DNA from: an uncultured Gammaproteobacteria bacterium
GTDB lineage: Bacteria > Patescibacteriota > Microgenomatia > UBA8517
Direction of reading: 5' to 3'
Assembly (NCBI GenBank): GCA_964607795.1
Contig: CAZSLA010000001.1
Span: 1-61,529, forward strand
DNA: 61,529 nucleotides
Notes under the pieces: generated by a model
Database searches by the model: none
What the model saw: only the letters and a program-made list of their open reading frames with translations
What the model was told of the DNA's origin: nothing
Shown: positions 29,254 through 39,510 of the stretch, in pieces
Layout: every line of letters begins with the position of its first letter
How positions within the stretch are numbered: position 1 is the stretch's first letter
Position numbers and translations under genes: made by a program

Positions 29254-29897
29254 GATTGTCAAGCCTTGAGTTTTGGGGAAATAACCTTTTTTTAGGTTCC
29301 ATGGCTGCGGTTATGGTTATGTACGGGCCGTATTATCAAAGCCTCTATAAGCGCGACATTTATGCTTTTTCACCTCCTCAGGAGCTTGAACAAAAAGCGG
29401 AAGTAACACATAACAAAGAATTGTCATATGGTGAGGTGAAAGAGGAAGCAGCCAAGTGGGGAGTAGATTCATTTTTTTCGGTTGTGGTCCCCAGGGTGGG
29501 AGCAAGCGCCAATGTAATTATGAACGTGGACCCGGCCAATAAAAGAGTTTACCAGGAAGCCTTAAAAAAAGGTGTGGCTCATGCTCAAGGCACGTCGTTT
29601 CCGGGCCGGGGCAGGGTGATCTATTTATTTGCCCATTCTACGGATTCGCTTGCAAATGTGCTGCGCTTTAATGCCGTTTTTTACAGGCTCAATGAATTGG
29701 AAACAGGGGACGAAATCATTGTCTTTTATGGAGATCATAAATATACTTACCAAGTTTTTGAAAAGCACATTGCCGAGCCCATGGACACGGACTGGCTTAG
29801 CCGCACAGATGATATCTTAATTTTGCAGACCTGTTGGCCGCCGGGGACGAGCAGCAAGCGCTTGATCGTGGTAGCAAAGCCTCTTGACCCGGCCTAA
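29250..29897 (+). CDS. sortase family transpeptidase
   Basis: IYLFAHS His motif and LILQTCWPPG Cys motif; ATGA overlap with the LPXTG gene. Confidence 0.8.
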   Translation: MRLSSLEFWGNNLFLGSMAAVMVMYGPYYQSLYKRDIYAFSPPQELEQKAEVTHNKELSYGEVKEEAAKWGVDSFFSVVVPRVGASANVIMNVDPANKRVYQEALKKGVAHAQGTSFPGRGRVIYLFAHSTDSLANVLRFNAVFYRLNELETGDEIIVFYGDHKYTYQVFEKHIAEPMDTDWLSRTDDILILQTCWPPGTSSKRLIVVAKPLDPA

Positions 29898-29938
29898 AGG
29901 GTATTTTATAATAAGGTAATTGCTTCTCTCATACTTTC

Positions 29939-31186
29939 ATGGTTATTAATAATACTAACGGCGATAAAATTCCTTCTACTGACGAGCCCAGGTTGGTAGT
30001 GGACGATCGTGTCCTTCCGGATTCCGGTCTTCCCACGGAAAACATAGAGGGCATTTTAGATATTGCCAATGAAGGCTCAGGGCTTTTGCGCCCGGATTAT
30101 GCCGCCTCAAGCCGTGATGTGTATATTTCAGCCTCGCAAATCAGGCGTTTTAACCTGCGAAACGGGGACCTCATCTCAGGGCTTGCCCGAAGGCCCAAAG
30201 AAAATGAGCGCTATTGGGGCCTTTTGAAAGTGGAAAAAGTCAACGGCCAGGGGGCGGTGGAAATGCAAAACAGGGTGGATTTCGAAGAGCTTTTGGCTAT
30301 TTATCCAGATAAAAAAATTGAGCTTTCAACTGGCAAGGAGCCTTTAAGTACGCGGGTGGTTGATTTGATTTCGCCCATTGGTTTTGGCCAGCGGGGCTTG
30401 ATTGTTTCCCCGCCCAAAGCAGGGAAAACCTATTTGTTAAAAAATATCATCTCCGGCATTGCTGCTAATTATCCCGAATCTCCCGCGGGTAAAGTCAAAG
30501 CAGGCCGCAAGGCGCATTTGGTTGCGGTCTTGATCGGCGAGCGCCCTGAGGAGGTAACGGATATCAAGCGCCATATGGCCTCAGTTACGGGTAATATGGG
30601 CGAGGTAGCCGCGAGCAATTTTGACGAGCCGCCAACCAATCAGACGCGGGTGGGTGAGCTAGCCCTGGACCGCGCCAAGCGCTTGGTTGAGCAGGGGGGG
30701 GACGTAGTCATGGTTTTGGATTCCATCACCAGGATGGCTAGGGCATATAATTTAGCCCTGCCAACCTCAGGCAGAACCTTGACCGGAGGATTTGACCCGG
30801 AGGCTTTGTTCCCGGCCAAAAAGTTCTTTGGCGCTGCCCGTAAAATCGAAGGCGGTGGGTCCTTGACCATTATCGGTACTTGTCTAATCGATACCGGCAG
30901 CCGTATGGATGACCTCATCTACGAGGAATTTAAGGGTACCGGCAACATGGAGCTCCACTTAAACCGCAAGCTTTCGGAAAAGCGTATTTACCCCGCAATT
31001 GATGTTACTCGCTCGGGCACGCGCCAGGAGGAGCTTTTATATAGCGAAGAAGAGCTCAAGCAGGTTCATACTTTAAGGCGCATGCTTGAGATGATGCCAG
31101 AGGACGAGCGCACAGAGACCTTACTTGAGCGGCTTGGCAAAACAGAGAGTAATAAAGACTTTTTGGCTTCGCTCAAAACCGTTTAA
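29939..31186 (+). CDS. rho: transcription termination factor Rho
   Basis: OB/RNA-binding region RFNLRNGD, Walker A SPPKAGKTYLL, VLDSITRMARAYN, IDTGSRMDD, ELHLNR motifs. Confidence 0.93.
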   Translation: MVINNTNGDKIPSTDEPRLVVDDRVLPDSGLPTENIEGILDIANEGSGLLRPDYAASSRDVYISASQIRRFNLRNGDLISGLARRPKENERYWGLLKVEKVNGQGAVEMQNRVDFEELLAIYPDKKIELSTGKEPLSTRVVDLISPIGFGQRGLIVSPPKAGKTYLLKNIISGIAANYPESPAGKVKAGRKAHLVAVLIGERPEEVTDIKRHMASVTGNMGEVAASNFDEPPTNQTRVGELALDRAKRLVEQGGDVVMVLDSITRMARAYNLALPTSGRTLTGGFDPEALFPAKKFFGAARKIEGGGSLTIIGTCLIDTGSRMDDLIYEEFKGTGNMELHLNRKLSEKRIYPAIDVTRSGTRQEELLYSEEELKQVHTLRRMLEMMPEDERTETLLERLGKTESNKDFLASLKTV

Positions 31187-31241
31187 GTATTACTTTGGCG
31201 TTGAAGTTTGCGAGCGCTTGTGTTAAGGTGTTCTGAGACTG

Positions 31242-32345
31242 ATGATAAGGCCCAGGCGCCAATTCATTACAATCCTAACCGATCTCAAGCAATTCTCCCT
31301 TGAGCTTTTTGTTTTTATATCCCACTATTTAAGGCTTCAGTTTGTGCGCTTTGAAGCCGGCAAAAGCTTTTTTGTCGTCTCGCTTTATCGCCAGCGGGGA
31401 AGGCTGTCGAGAAGGCTTATTCACTCGGGCATGGCCGGTATCACCGCATTCGGAGTGATGGTGGCTCCCATTGTGGCCCAGGAATTTCCCCAGACTCATG
31501 TGGACCCTTGGGATGCGCCTTCACCGTCTTCGGTTTTGGGAGCTTCGATCGATAATTCTTCCACATCGACCGTGTTTTCAGAAAAAACACGCGACAGGAT
31601 TTTAGAATACATAGTTGCCGAAGGTGATACGGTAAGCACTATTGCAGTCAAGTTTGATATATCTGAAGACACTATCCGCTGGCAGAATGATCTCAAAGGC
31701 GACAACATTAAAGTAGGGGCCACGTTGGAGATCCTGCCGGTTACCGGCATTTCTCACAAAGTGCAAAAGGGTGATACCGTCTACTCTATTGCCAAAAAAT
31801 ACGACACTTCCGCCCAGGCAATAGTTGACTTTCCTTATAACACTTTTGTCAACGATGAGACTTTTGAGCTGGCTATCGGCCAATTCGTAATTGTGCCGGA
31901 CGGCATCAAGCCCGAAGCTGCCAAGACCCAAACAGCTCCTGCATGGAGGTCAATCACTCCGGATGCTGGGTCGGTGGTGGCTTCCGGGCAATTCGTCTGG
32001 CCAACCTCTGGATCCATTACCCAGCGCTATAGCTGGTTCCACCCCGGTGTGGACATTGCCAATCGCGCTGCGCCCGCGATTTTGGCGGCTGATGCTGGTA
32101 AAGTAATTGTGGCCGGCTGGCCGGATAATTATGGTTATGGCAACCGGGTGGTTCTGGATCACGGCAACGGCACCCGCACTTTGTATGCCCATTTGTCAAA
32201 GATTTATGTGGTTTCCGGCCAAACGGTTAACCGCGGAGCCACCATCGGGCAAATGGGCTCCACCGGTAGGTCCACGGGCACACACCTTCACTTTGAAATC
32301 ATAAGCGGCGGTCAGCATGTTAACCCGCTTAATGTGCTAAAATAA
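31242..32345 (+). CDS. LysM-domain M23 peptidoglycan metalloendopeptidase
   Basis: Two LysM repeats (GDTVSTIAVKF.., GDTVYSIAKKY..), M23 motifs HPGVDIA and GSTGRSTGTHLHFE. Confidence 0.9.
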   Translation: MIRPRRQFITILTDLKQFSLELFVFISHYLRLQFVRFEAGKSFFVVSLYRQRGRLSRRLIHSGMAGITAFGVMVAPIVAQEFPQTHVDPWDAPSPSSVLGASIDNSSTSTVFSEKTRDRILEYIVAEGDTVSTIAVKFDISEDTIRWQNDLKGDNIKVGATLEILPVTGISHKVQKGDTVYSIAKKYDTSAQAIVDFPYNTFVNDETFELAIGQFVIVPDGIKPEAAKTQTAPAWRSITPDAGSVVASGQFVWPTSGSITQRYSWFHPGVDIANRAAPAILAADAGKVIVAGWPDNYGYGNRVVLDHGNGTRTLYAHLSKIYVVSGQTVNRGATIGQMGSTGRSTGTHLHFEIISGGQHVNPLNVLK

Positions 32346-32353
32346 GGCCGTTT

Positions 32354-32424
32354 GGGCCGTTAGCACAGTGGTAATGTGCCCCGTTCGCATCGGGGAGACG
32401 GGAGTTCGATTCTCCCACGGTCCA
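32354..32424 (+). tRNA. tRNA-Ala (anticodon CGC), compact D-arm
   Basis: Acceptor GGGCCGT/ACGGTCC with G3:U70, anticodon arm CCCCG-TTCGCAT-CGGGG, T-arm GGGAG-TTCGATT-CTCCC; only 71 nt, D-stem/position 26 squeezed. Confidence 0.75.
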
Positions 32425-32563
32425 CTAAGAAGAATAAGCTTAGTAACTCTTTCCAGATTATTCAATTCGAGCCAAAAGAGAAATAATTGGCTTGTCGCAA
32501 CTTATATGAAAATGGTGTAGATGTTTTTGAGTTTTGGTACTCATCAAAATTAGTCAAAATATC

Positions 32564-34585
32564 TTAAGGCAGTGGGGTGGGAGAGGCATTTGGATTCGGG
32601 CTGGGAGTTAGCTCCGGCATTGGTGGTTCAGCATCTTCGGGAAGCTCAATTGGTGGCTCTAGGACCTGCTCTGGGCTTTTCGGGGCATTTAAGTTTTCGC
32701 CTTCGGCAGATTCAGCTTGATTGCGCTGCGATTCCATTTCTTCAAGCGCTTTGGTAGCAATCTGATAATCCTGGGAATTGCGCTCAACCAAAGAAAGTAC
32801 AAGTGACATTTCCTGGATGGCTTTATCAATCTGCTTGTTTTGCTGGTAAGCATAAGCCAGGTTAAAGTGGGAATTGGCAAGGTCCGGCTTGGATGCCACG
32901 GCCAGCTCAAAAATGCGGTTGGCATTATTATAATCGCCGGTGCCATAGTATATGCCGCCCAAAGCAATTCTCAGCTCGGGGTTAATGGGGTCGAGGGCAA
33001 TTGCTTGGCGGAAAGTTTCAACCGCAAAAGCATCCGCATTGTCCGCCAGAGGTATGATTGCCTGATAGATGCGCGCCAGAACTTCCCAGTTGCCGGCTCG
33101 AGTTGGGTTTAAGGCCACGGTGGATTTGCCTTCGCGGATTGCTTGCTGGATGAGCTGGGCAATAGTCGTGCGATCCTTATCTGTGATGTTTTCATTTCCG
33201 GCAATGGCATTGGCAAGGGCAAGGTTTAATTGAGCGTAAGAGGTGTGATAACGATCCGCGTACGGGCTTGTGGTAATGGCTTTTTGGAATAGATCATAAG
33301 CCATGCGCCCGTCATTGGCAGCTACCGCATCCAAGGCTTGTTGATAGACGTATTCTGCATAGGTAACTTTGACGCCAAAATACATGAGGGCTATTAAGGC
33401 AATAATCAAAGGCAGAGTAACCACTAAAACTGGTAAGCGCGAGGCTAATTGGTCGTGCTCAACATTTTGATTGGTGCTTATGGCCCCTAGGTTTGTGGGA
33501 TTGACGCTCGTGTTTAAGGCCAAAAGCACAAACAACAGGGGGGTAATAATGATGTTCGTTGGAAAAAAAACCAAAAGGATGGCAAGGACGGTTAAAGAAG
33601 CAATGGTTGCGCTATCAGACTTGCCAAAGCCCATCAGTTTCCAATCTCTGCCTGGGGATTTATAAATGCGCGAGGCGGAGTAAAGTAGCAGGATCAAGGA
33701 AGCCAGACCCAAAAGCCCGGTTTCAGTGATGGCAGTAAGGAAAAAGCTACGCGCCGAAGTAAAGCGCATTTGCCACAGGTTGGTTGAATTGTAGTCCAAC
33801 GGGCGGAACTTATTAAAAGCCGTTATGTAATTGCCCGGTCCCATGCCCAGGATCGGGCTTACTTTCAAAGAATCAATGGTAACAGACCAGGAGGTATTAA
33901 AGGACGGCAAAACAACTGAGGTGCTTTTGCCGGGCAGGGCATTAAAGGCGGAAATAACTGCACCAAAAACGATAAGCGTAAGCGACACCCCCCAAAAGAC
34001 GCGTTTGGCCGTGTCAGCCCCGGAAATGATGGCCCGTATGCCCAAAGGGATCATGACAATGAAAAACATTAAGGCTGGAAGCGTCCCACCCAGTGGAGAA
34101 AAGCCATCCACGCGCATGAATGCGGGGACGGCCGTAATTGAGCTAAAGACGTTAGCCGCGGACAAAAGTGAAAACACAGAAGCAATAACGGCTGAAGTAA
34201 AAAGCACCAAAGGCACTGCCTTTTTTTCCTTCTCGGATTCTTGATTAATGATCAAATATAAAAGAACGCCGGCAGCCATAATTGTTGCTGTGCCCGGCAG
34301 AAAAAAGGCTTCGAGCTTGTTGGGCGTGTTTAAAACTGCGCTTGCGATGTAAGAGACTCCCAGCAAAAGAACGGGGAAGTCAAAAGAACCAATTGAGATG
34401 CTTATTTTTCCGCTCGCGATGATTTTGAGGGCTTTAATAAATAGAAGAATTGTTATACCCACGACCAAGACAACAATTTTGGGAGTTGTGTAGGGATTGG
34501 CAAAAAAAGAAATGGCAATCAAAGGCAGCAAAAATAAAGTTGTGTAAAGCACGTAGCGCTCAATTATTTCTAAGGTCTTATGCAT
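32564..34585 (-). CDS. O-antigen-ligase/polymerase-like polytopic membrane protein with C-terminal TPR repeats
   Basis: About 10 or more TM segments over ~400 aa, then TPR-like repeats (AIALDPINPE.., AVASKPDLANSHFNLAYAY..) and a Pro-rich tail. Confidence 0.65.
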   Translation of the reverse strand: MHKTLEIIERYVLYTTLFLLPLIAISFFANPYTTPKIVVLVVGITILLFIKALKIIASGKISISIGSFDFPVLLLGVSYIASAVLNTPNKLEAFFLPGTATIMAAGVLLYLIINQESEKEKKAVPLVLFTSAVIASVFSLLSAANVFSSITAVPAFMRVDGFSPLGGTLPALMFFIVMIPLGIRAIISGADTAKRVFWGVSLTLIVFGAVISAFNALPGKSTSVVLPSFNTSWSVTIDSLKVSPILGMGPGNYITAFNKFRPLDYNSTNLWQMRFTSARSFFLTAITETGLLGLASLILLLYSASRIYKSPGRDWKLMGFGKSDSATIASLTVLAILLVFFPTNIIITPLLFVLLALNTSVNPTNLGAISTNQNVEHDQLASRLPVLVVTLPLIIALIALMYFGVKVTYAEYVYQQALDAVAANDGRMAYDLFQKAITTSPYADRYHTSYAQLNLALANAIAGNENITDKDRTTIAQLIQQAIREGKSTVALNPTRAGNWEVLARIYQAIIPLADNADAFAVETFRQAIALDPINPELRIALGGIYYGTGDYNNANRIFELAVASKPDLANSHFNLAYAYQQNKQIDKAIQEMSLVLSLVERNSQDYQIATKALEEMESQRNQAESAEGENLNAPKSPEQVLEPPIELPEDAEPPMPELTPSPNPNASPTPLP

Positions 34586-34688
34586 TGTATTTATTATTCT
34601 TACTAATTTCTTGGCTTGTCAAGAGGTAATTATTTCAAACTATGGTTAATTATATAAATATATATTAAAAGATATAGTAAGCTATATA

Positions 34689-35639
34689 TCAGTCTATTAC
34701 TATATCCCAGTTGAAATTTACCTTTTTAATTACTATTTCATCAAAGCCCACGATAAACATACCCTCTTCTTGTTTTTTGATGTAAATGATTTGATTAGCG
34801 GTGGAGCTTGTGGGTGTGATGTTAATGATGCTGTCTGCTGTGACGAGGTCATTATATATAATAGTACCATTGGTGCCGACATTTACCACGCCTCTGCCGC
34901 TTGTGGTCTTTTGCAAGTCGAGCTCGCTCGTCATTTCCAAAATTATCTGCTTCTCATCAATTAAAACCGGCTTTGCAGCTAAGAAAACGTCTTTGTTGTC
35001 GGGATTTAGTCGGATACTGATTTGTTTGTCCTCCCAAGTGTATGTATTGTCTATGGCAAGGTGCTCAATTTGTGTAGTGGCTATATTTTCCCCTTGCTTA
35101 GCAATCACATTGGACCATGGGCTTGTGGGGCGCTCCGTAAGTATGATCTGAAGGAGCATTAGAATTACTGCTGCCGTGGAAATCAAAACAGGGATCGCCG
35201 GCTTTGTCCTCTTCGTATTAGTATTAGCGGCAAAAGCCTGCGGGCCATAAAATGGTTCAATTGGCCGGGTGGCTATTTTGTTACTTCCCACGTTTTTAAT
35301 GCTTTTGGAAAAATCCGCTCCAATGTAGTTGTGCCCCAAAAGATAAGTAGCCAAGTGGCGGATGCTCGTCAAGCGCCGGTTAATGGTCAGGCGCGGGGTC
35401 TGGGAGGAAAGCAGAAATTGCTTATAACTATTAATTGTATTTTCGTCCAAAGTTAAAATTACTTTGTCAAGCATTTCTGTTCTTGGAAGGCTCACTATGA
35501 GCCAGCGGACAAAATGGTCAAAATCGGATTTGTAATTACGGATGCTTCTGTCGCTAATGTGCAAGCTTTCTAAATGCCTTCGGAAAGCAGGATAAATTAC
35601 TGAAGTAATATTTTTTTCTGAAAATTGTGTGGCAGTCAT
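34689..35639 (-). CDS. membrane protein with tyrosine-recombinase N-terminal (SAM-like/core-binding) domain but no catalytic domain
   Basis: FRRHLESLHISDRSIRNYKSDFDHFVRWL ... INRRLTSIRHLATYLL, then TM helix PVLISTAAVILMLLQIIL and a beta-rich C-terminal part. Confidence 0.6.
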   Translation of the reverse strand: MTATQFSEKNITSVIYPAFRRHLESLHISDRSIRNYKSDFDHFVRWLIVSLPRTEMLDKVILTLDENTINSYKQFLLSSQTPRLTINRRLTSIRHLATYLLGHNYIGADFSKSIKNVGSNKIATRPIEPFYGPQAFAANTNTKRTKPAIPVLISTAAVILMLLQIILTERPTSPWSNVIAKQGENIATTQIEHLAIDNTYTWEDKQISIRLNPDNKDVFLAAKPVLIDEKQIILEMTSELDLQKTTSGRGVVNVGTNGTIIYNDLVTADSIINITPTSSTANQIIYIKKQEEGMFIVGFDEIVIKKVNFNWDIVID

Positions 35640-36223
35640 TTGAGTGTAGATTATATAAATTAGATATGATTATACAATTATTAATTCTTTTGTAGGCTTC
35701 GTCAAGAGGGAATTTAGAGTACTTAACCCACATTTGATTAACATTGGATGACAGAATTGATCTCCGATAGTAAATGGTTGAGATGGGAAAATAAGGTTTT
35801 CATTCACCCATATAACATAATTTCCGCATAGGATGTAGCCTAGTAATAAACGCAAATCTGTTTTTCAGTTTATCTCATAAAAATTTTACTTTTAAAATAT
35901 ACGCATGCAATTTGAGGTGCGTTTAATGATAAAATTATAGGAAAATACCAAATGCGTAAATATTATTGTGGATAATTATTGTCGATACATAAAGGAATTA
36001 AATTAGAAGAAATTTATACAAAAAATAATATATTTCCGCAAATTAATAAGCTTAAGTTGCGTTAAAAATTTTTTATAAATAATGAGGTAAGAAATATTAT
36101 TAGCAGCCGCACATTCAAATTGCTATGGATTTCAATAGCTACTTTTAGCCCAAGGAATTGGTATTTAGTATTTTTCCTTGCGATAAACCCATAGATAGAC
36201 TAAAATTACTAAATCAAGTTTCA

Positions 36224-38899
36224 ATGAATATTAAGTATAACCATAGGCAAATAGAAGCCAAGTGGCAAAAGCACTGGGAGGAAGATGGAGTGTTTGCGCC
36301 AAAAAGTATGACTAAGGCAAAGGATCCTTTCTATAATCTGTGGATGTTTCCATATCCTTCAGCAGAAGGTGTGCATGTAGGCACAATCTTTTCTTCGACT
36401 GGAAGTGATGTCTATGGGCGTTTTATGCGGATGCAGGGAAAAGACGTTTTTCAACCGATAGGGTTTGACTCATTTGGAATTCACTCTGAAAACTATGCAA
36501 TTAAAATAGAATCAACGCCTCAGGCCATGCTTGCCAGAGCCTTAGAGCACTACAAGGAACAATTCAAGGATATAGGGCATGGCTACGACTGGACGCGGAC
36601 AGTGACTACTTCTGATATAGATTATTATAAATGGACACAGTGGCTTTTTGTAGTTTTATTTAAGGCGGGTCTTGCATATAAAAAGCAAGCGTCCGTCAAT
36701 TGGTGTCCCTCATGCAAGACTGTTCTTGCCGACGAGCAGATAGTCACCCCAGCTCAAGCAGGAAAGATGCCACAAGGCTATGATTCAATTAAAGATCTGC
36801 CCGAGGGTATAAGGATATGTGAGCGTTGTGGCTCTATTCCGGAAAAGCGAGACCTTAGTCAATGGTTTTTCCGGATAACCGATTATGCGAACAGATTACT
36901 TGATAACCTTGACAAGATAGATTGGTCTGAGCGTGTTGTTAAGGCCCAGCTGGAATGGATAGGTAGGAAAGAGGGCATTAACATAGCCTACACAATTAAA
37001 GGAAAAAGTGTAGGGATTACCTGCTTCACGACCCGGCCAGACACAAATTTTGGGGCGACGTTTATTGTTGTTTCTCCGGAATATGCTCGAGATAACCTGG
37101 TAGATAAGGTCAGTAGCAAATCAAAACAAAAGGTATCTGAATATATCAATAAATCTCTTGCCAAAACAGAACAGCAAAGAAAAGAGGAAGCAAAGACAAA
37201 AACAGGAGTATTTACCGGCTTATACGCAGTAAATCCATTAAACAACTATCTGATGCCTATTTGGATTTCTGATTTTGTGCTCGCAGATTTTGGTACAGGC
37301 GCGGTTGTTGGTGTACCTGGGCATGACAAGCGTGACTTTGAGTTTGCAAGCGCCTTTGGCATCACAATCAAGCGGGTGGTGGTTGGCTCGGACGGTGATA
37401 AGGGTGAAATTGTAAGTATAGATCAGGTAGAGGAGAAAGAAGGGGTTATGATTAACTCCGATTTTCTAGACGGCCTAAGTACCCGTGAGGCGTCTGTAAA
37501 GATAATGGATCACATTGAGGAGAAGGGATGGGGTCAACGTCATACGACCTACCATTTACGTGACTGGCTTATCTCAAGACAGCGCTATTGGGGTCCTCCT
37601 ATTCCGATGATTTATTGCGATGCTTGCGCCCAGGCTGGCAGGTCATGGTTTACTAGCAATGACAGAGAAAAATCAACTAATTCCTCGGTCCAATCACTCC
37701 TGCATTCAGAGCAGACTGACTGGGAACACGCAGGTTGGTATCCCGATGATAACTTGCCGGTTAAACTGCCCGTAATTAATGACTACAAACCCAAGGGAAT
37801 GGGGAGTGGGCCCTTGGCAGATCATCCAGAGTTTTACGAAACCACTTGTCCTCAATGTGGGGCACCTGCTCGCAGAGAAACCGATGTCTCAGATACATTT
37901 CTTGATTCTTCCTGGTATTTCTTAAGATACACTTCAATTGATGCAGATAGTGCCAGTAACGAACCTTTTGATGGGGGTATAACAAAACGTTGGTTACCTG
38001 TAGATTTATATTTTGGCGGTGCAGAACACGCAGTATTACACCTTATGTACGCGCGGTTTGTAACACAAGTACTCTATGACTTGAAGCTTATTGACTTTGA
38101 AGAGCCTTTCCCGCGCTTTTTTGCCCACGGCCTTATGATAAAAGACGGAGCCAAAATGAGTAAGTCAAGGGGAAATGTGGTCAACCCCGATGAATATATT
38201 GACAAATACGGAGCGGACGCACTGAGGCTTTATCTCATGTTTATGGGGCCTATGGATAGTAGTCCGGACTTTCGTGATACCGGAATCGATGGGGCAAGAA
38301 GGTTTGTTGAACGCGTTTGGAACTTGTTTGTTGATTCTGGCATCAGTTCTTTACTTCCTCGGGACTCCGATCAAAATCGGAGATTCAGTCGTAAAGCTGC
38401 CGATGATCAAAATCAGCATGATGAGGCAAAGCTATCTATCAAAATCCATCAAACTATAAAAAAGGTTACCAAAGACATGCAAGGCTTTGCTTACAATACA
38501 GCCATAGCTGCGATTATGGAGCTTGTCAATGAGATGAAAAAAAAGCCCGCGGCTATTACCCGCGAATCGCTTGTGGTTTTGTGCAAGCTCATGGCTCCGT
38601 TTACGCCCCATATGTGCGAAGAACTATGGACCGAGTTTTTGGGTGAGGAGTTTAGTATTCACCGTGCCAGTTGGCCTCAATTCGACCCCGAGCTTGTGGT
38701 TGACGAAACCATTACCATAGTCCTTCAGGTCAACGGCAAGCTGCGCTCAACTATGGCTGTGTCCTTGGAACTTGCCCAGGATAAAGCCGCCTTGGTGGAG
38801 CATGCCCGCAAAGATGAAAAGATCAGAAAATACATTCAGGGCAAAGAGACCAAAGAGATTGTCATTCCGCAAAAAATTATCAATTTTGTGGTAGATTAA
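36224..38899 (+). CDS. leuS: leucyl-tRNA synthetase
   Basis: Class I signature (P.PS...HVG), KMSKSRGN, editing domain; start moved to ATG 36224 (MNIKYNHRQIEAKWQK). Confidence 0.93.
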   Translation: MNIKYNHRQIEAKWQKHWEEDGVFAPKSMTKAKDPFYNLWMFPYPSAEGVHVGTIFSSTGSDVYGRFMRMQGKDVFQPIGFDSFGIHSENYAIKIESTPQAMLARALEHYKEQFKDIGHGYDWTRTVTTSDIDYYKWTQWLFVVLFKAGLAYKKQASVNWCPSCKTVLADEQIVTPAQAGKMPQGYDSIKDLPEGIRICERCGSIPEKRDLSQWFFRITDYANRLLDNLDKIDWSERVVKAQLEWIGRKEGINIAYTIKGKSVGITCFTTRPDTNFGATFIVVSPEYARDNLVDKVSSKSKQKVSEYINKSLAKTEQQRKEEAKTKTGVFTGLYAVNPLNNYLMPIWISDFVLADFGTGAVVGVPGHDKRDFEFASAFGITIKRVVVGSDGDKGEIVSIDQVEEKEGVMINSDFLDGLSTREASVKIMDHIEEKGWGQRHTTYHLRDWLISRQRYWGPPIPMIYCDACAQAGRSWFTSNDREKSTNSSVQSLLHSEQTDWEHAGWYPDDNLPVKLPVINDYKPKGMGSGPLADHPEFYETTCPQCGAPARRETDVSDTFLDSSWYFLRYTSIDADSASNEPFDGGITKRWLPVDLYFGGAEHAVLHLMYARFVTQVLYDLKLIDFEEPFPRFFAHGLMIKDGAKMSKSRGNVVNPDEYIDKYGADALRLYLMFMGPMDSSPDFRDTGIDGARRFVERVWNLFVDSGISSLLPRDSDQNRRFSRKAADDQNQHDEAKLSIKIHQTIKKVTKDMQGFAYNTAIAAIMELVNEMKKKPAAITRESLVVLCKLMAPFTPHMCEELWTEFLGEEFSIHRASWPQFDPELVVDETITIVLQVNGKLRSTMAVSLELAQDKAALVEHARKDEKIRKYIQGKETKEIVIPQKIINFVVD

Positions 38900-39471
38900 G
38901 GCCGCGTGAGGATAAAGATTAAAAGAATGATGCCTAAAATTGCGGCAATGGCAAAAGCGCCTCCGATGCGAAGGATATTTAGTCCGCCGCCGTTTTGCGG
39001 TGCTGGCGTGGGTGTAAGCTCTGGCAATTCAGCCTCATCAAGCTCTCCGATTTGCGCGTTTTCCAAAAGCGGTATGCGCTGCACGCCACCTTGCATGACT
39101 GTGGGGCCTGTGGGTGCATTTACTCGTTCGCTCCGTTCTTTGGTGATAAACAGGCTGGAAAAGGCCGTGGATGTTTCAAATTTTACCTTGCCCAGGCCCA
39201 CAGATCCGAGTTTTTCAGCCTTGTCACTGCCGATGGGGTTTGCCCAGACAATATAATTAAAAACATCTGTGCCGCCCGGGTAGGTGATATCGCGGCAGGT
39301 GACTAGAATATTATAATTAAGGTCCTGCATAATGGCGCTTAGGGCAAAGCAGCGAGCTTGTTCACCCTCAACATTGCGAAGCTCAATCAGGCCCTCGGAG
39401 GCTTGTGTGTGGCTGGGTGCAGCCAAAAACACAAATAGGCCCAGGATTGCTATAGAAATTGCTTTCTTCAT
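38896..39471 (-). CDS. hypothetical secreted protein with C-terminal TM anchor
   Basis: Signal peptide MKKAISIAILGLFVFLAAPSHTQA and C-terminal IGGAFAIAAILGIILLIFIL. Confidence 0.65.
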   Translation of the reverse strand: MKKAISIAILGLFVFLAAPSHTQASEGLIELRNVEGEQARCFALSAIMQDLNYNILVTCRDITYPGGTDVFNYIVWANPIGSDKAEKLGSVGLGKVKFETSTAFSSLFITKERSERVNAPTGPTVMQGGVQRIPLLENAQIGELDEAELPELTPTPAPQNGGGLNILRIGGAFAIAAILGIILLIFILTRP

Positions 39472-39510
39472 TACTAACTATTGTACTACAATTAATATTA
39501 ATAATCCAAG

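Noticed and set aside
35967-35975. Perfect reverse DnaA box TGTGGATAA in the 580-bp AT-rich spacer upstream of leuS
   Set aside because: It is again an isolated box, and AT-richness alone is not evidence of an origin.
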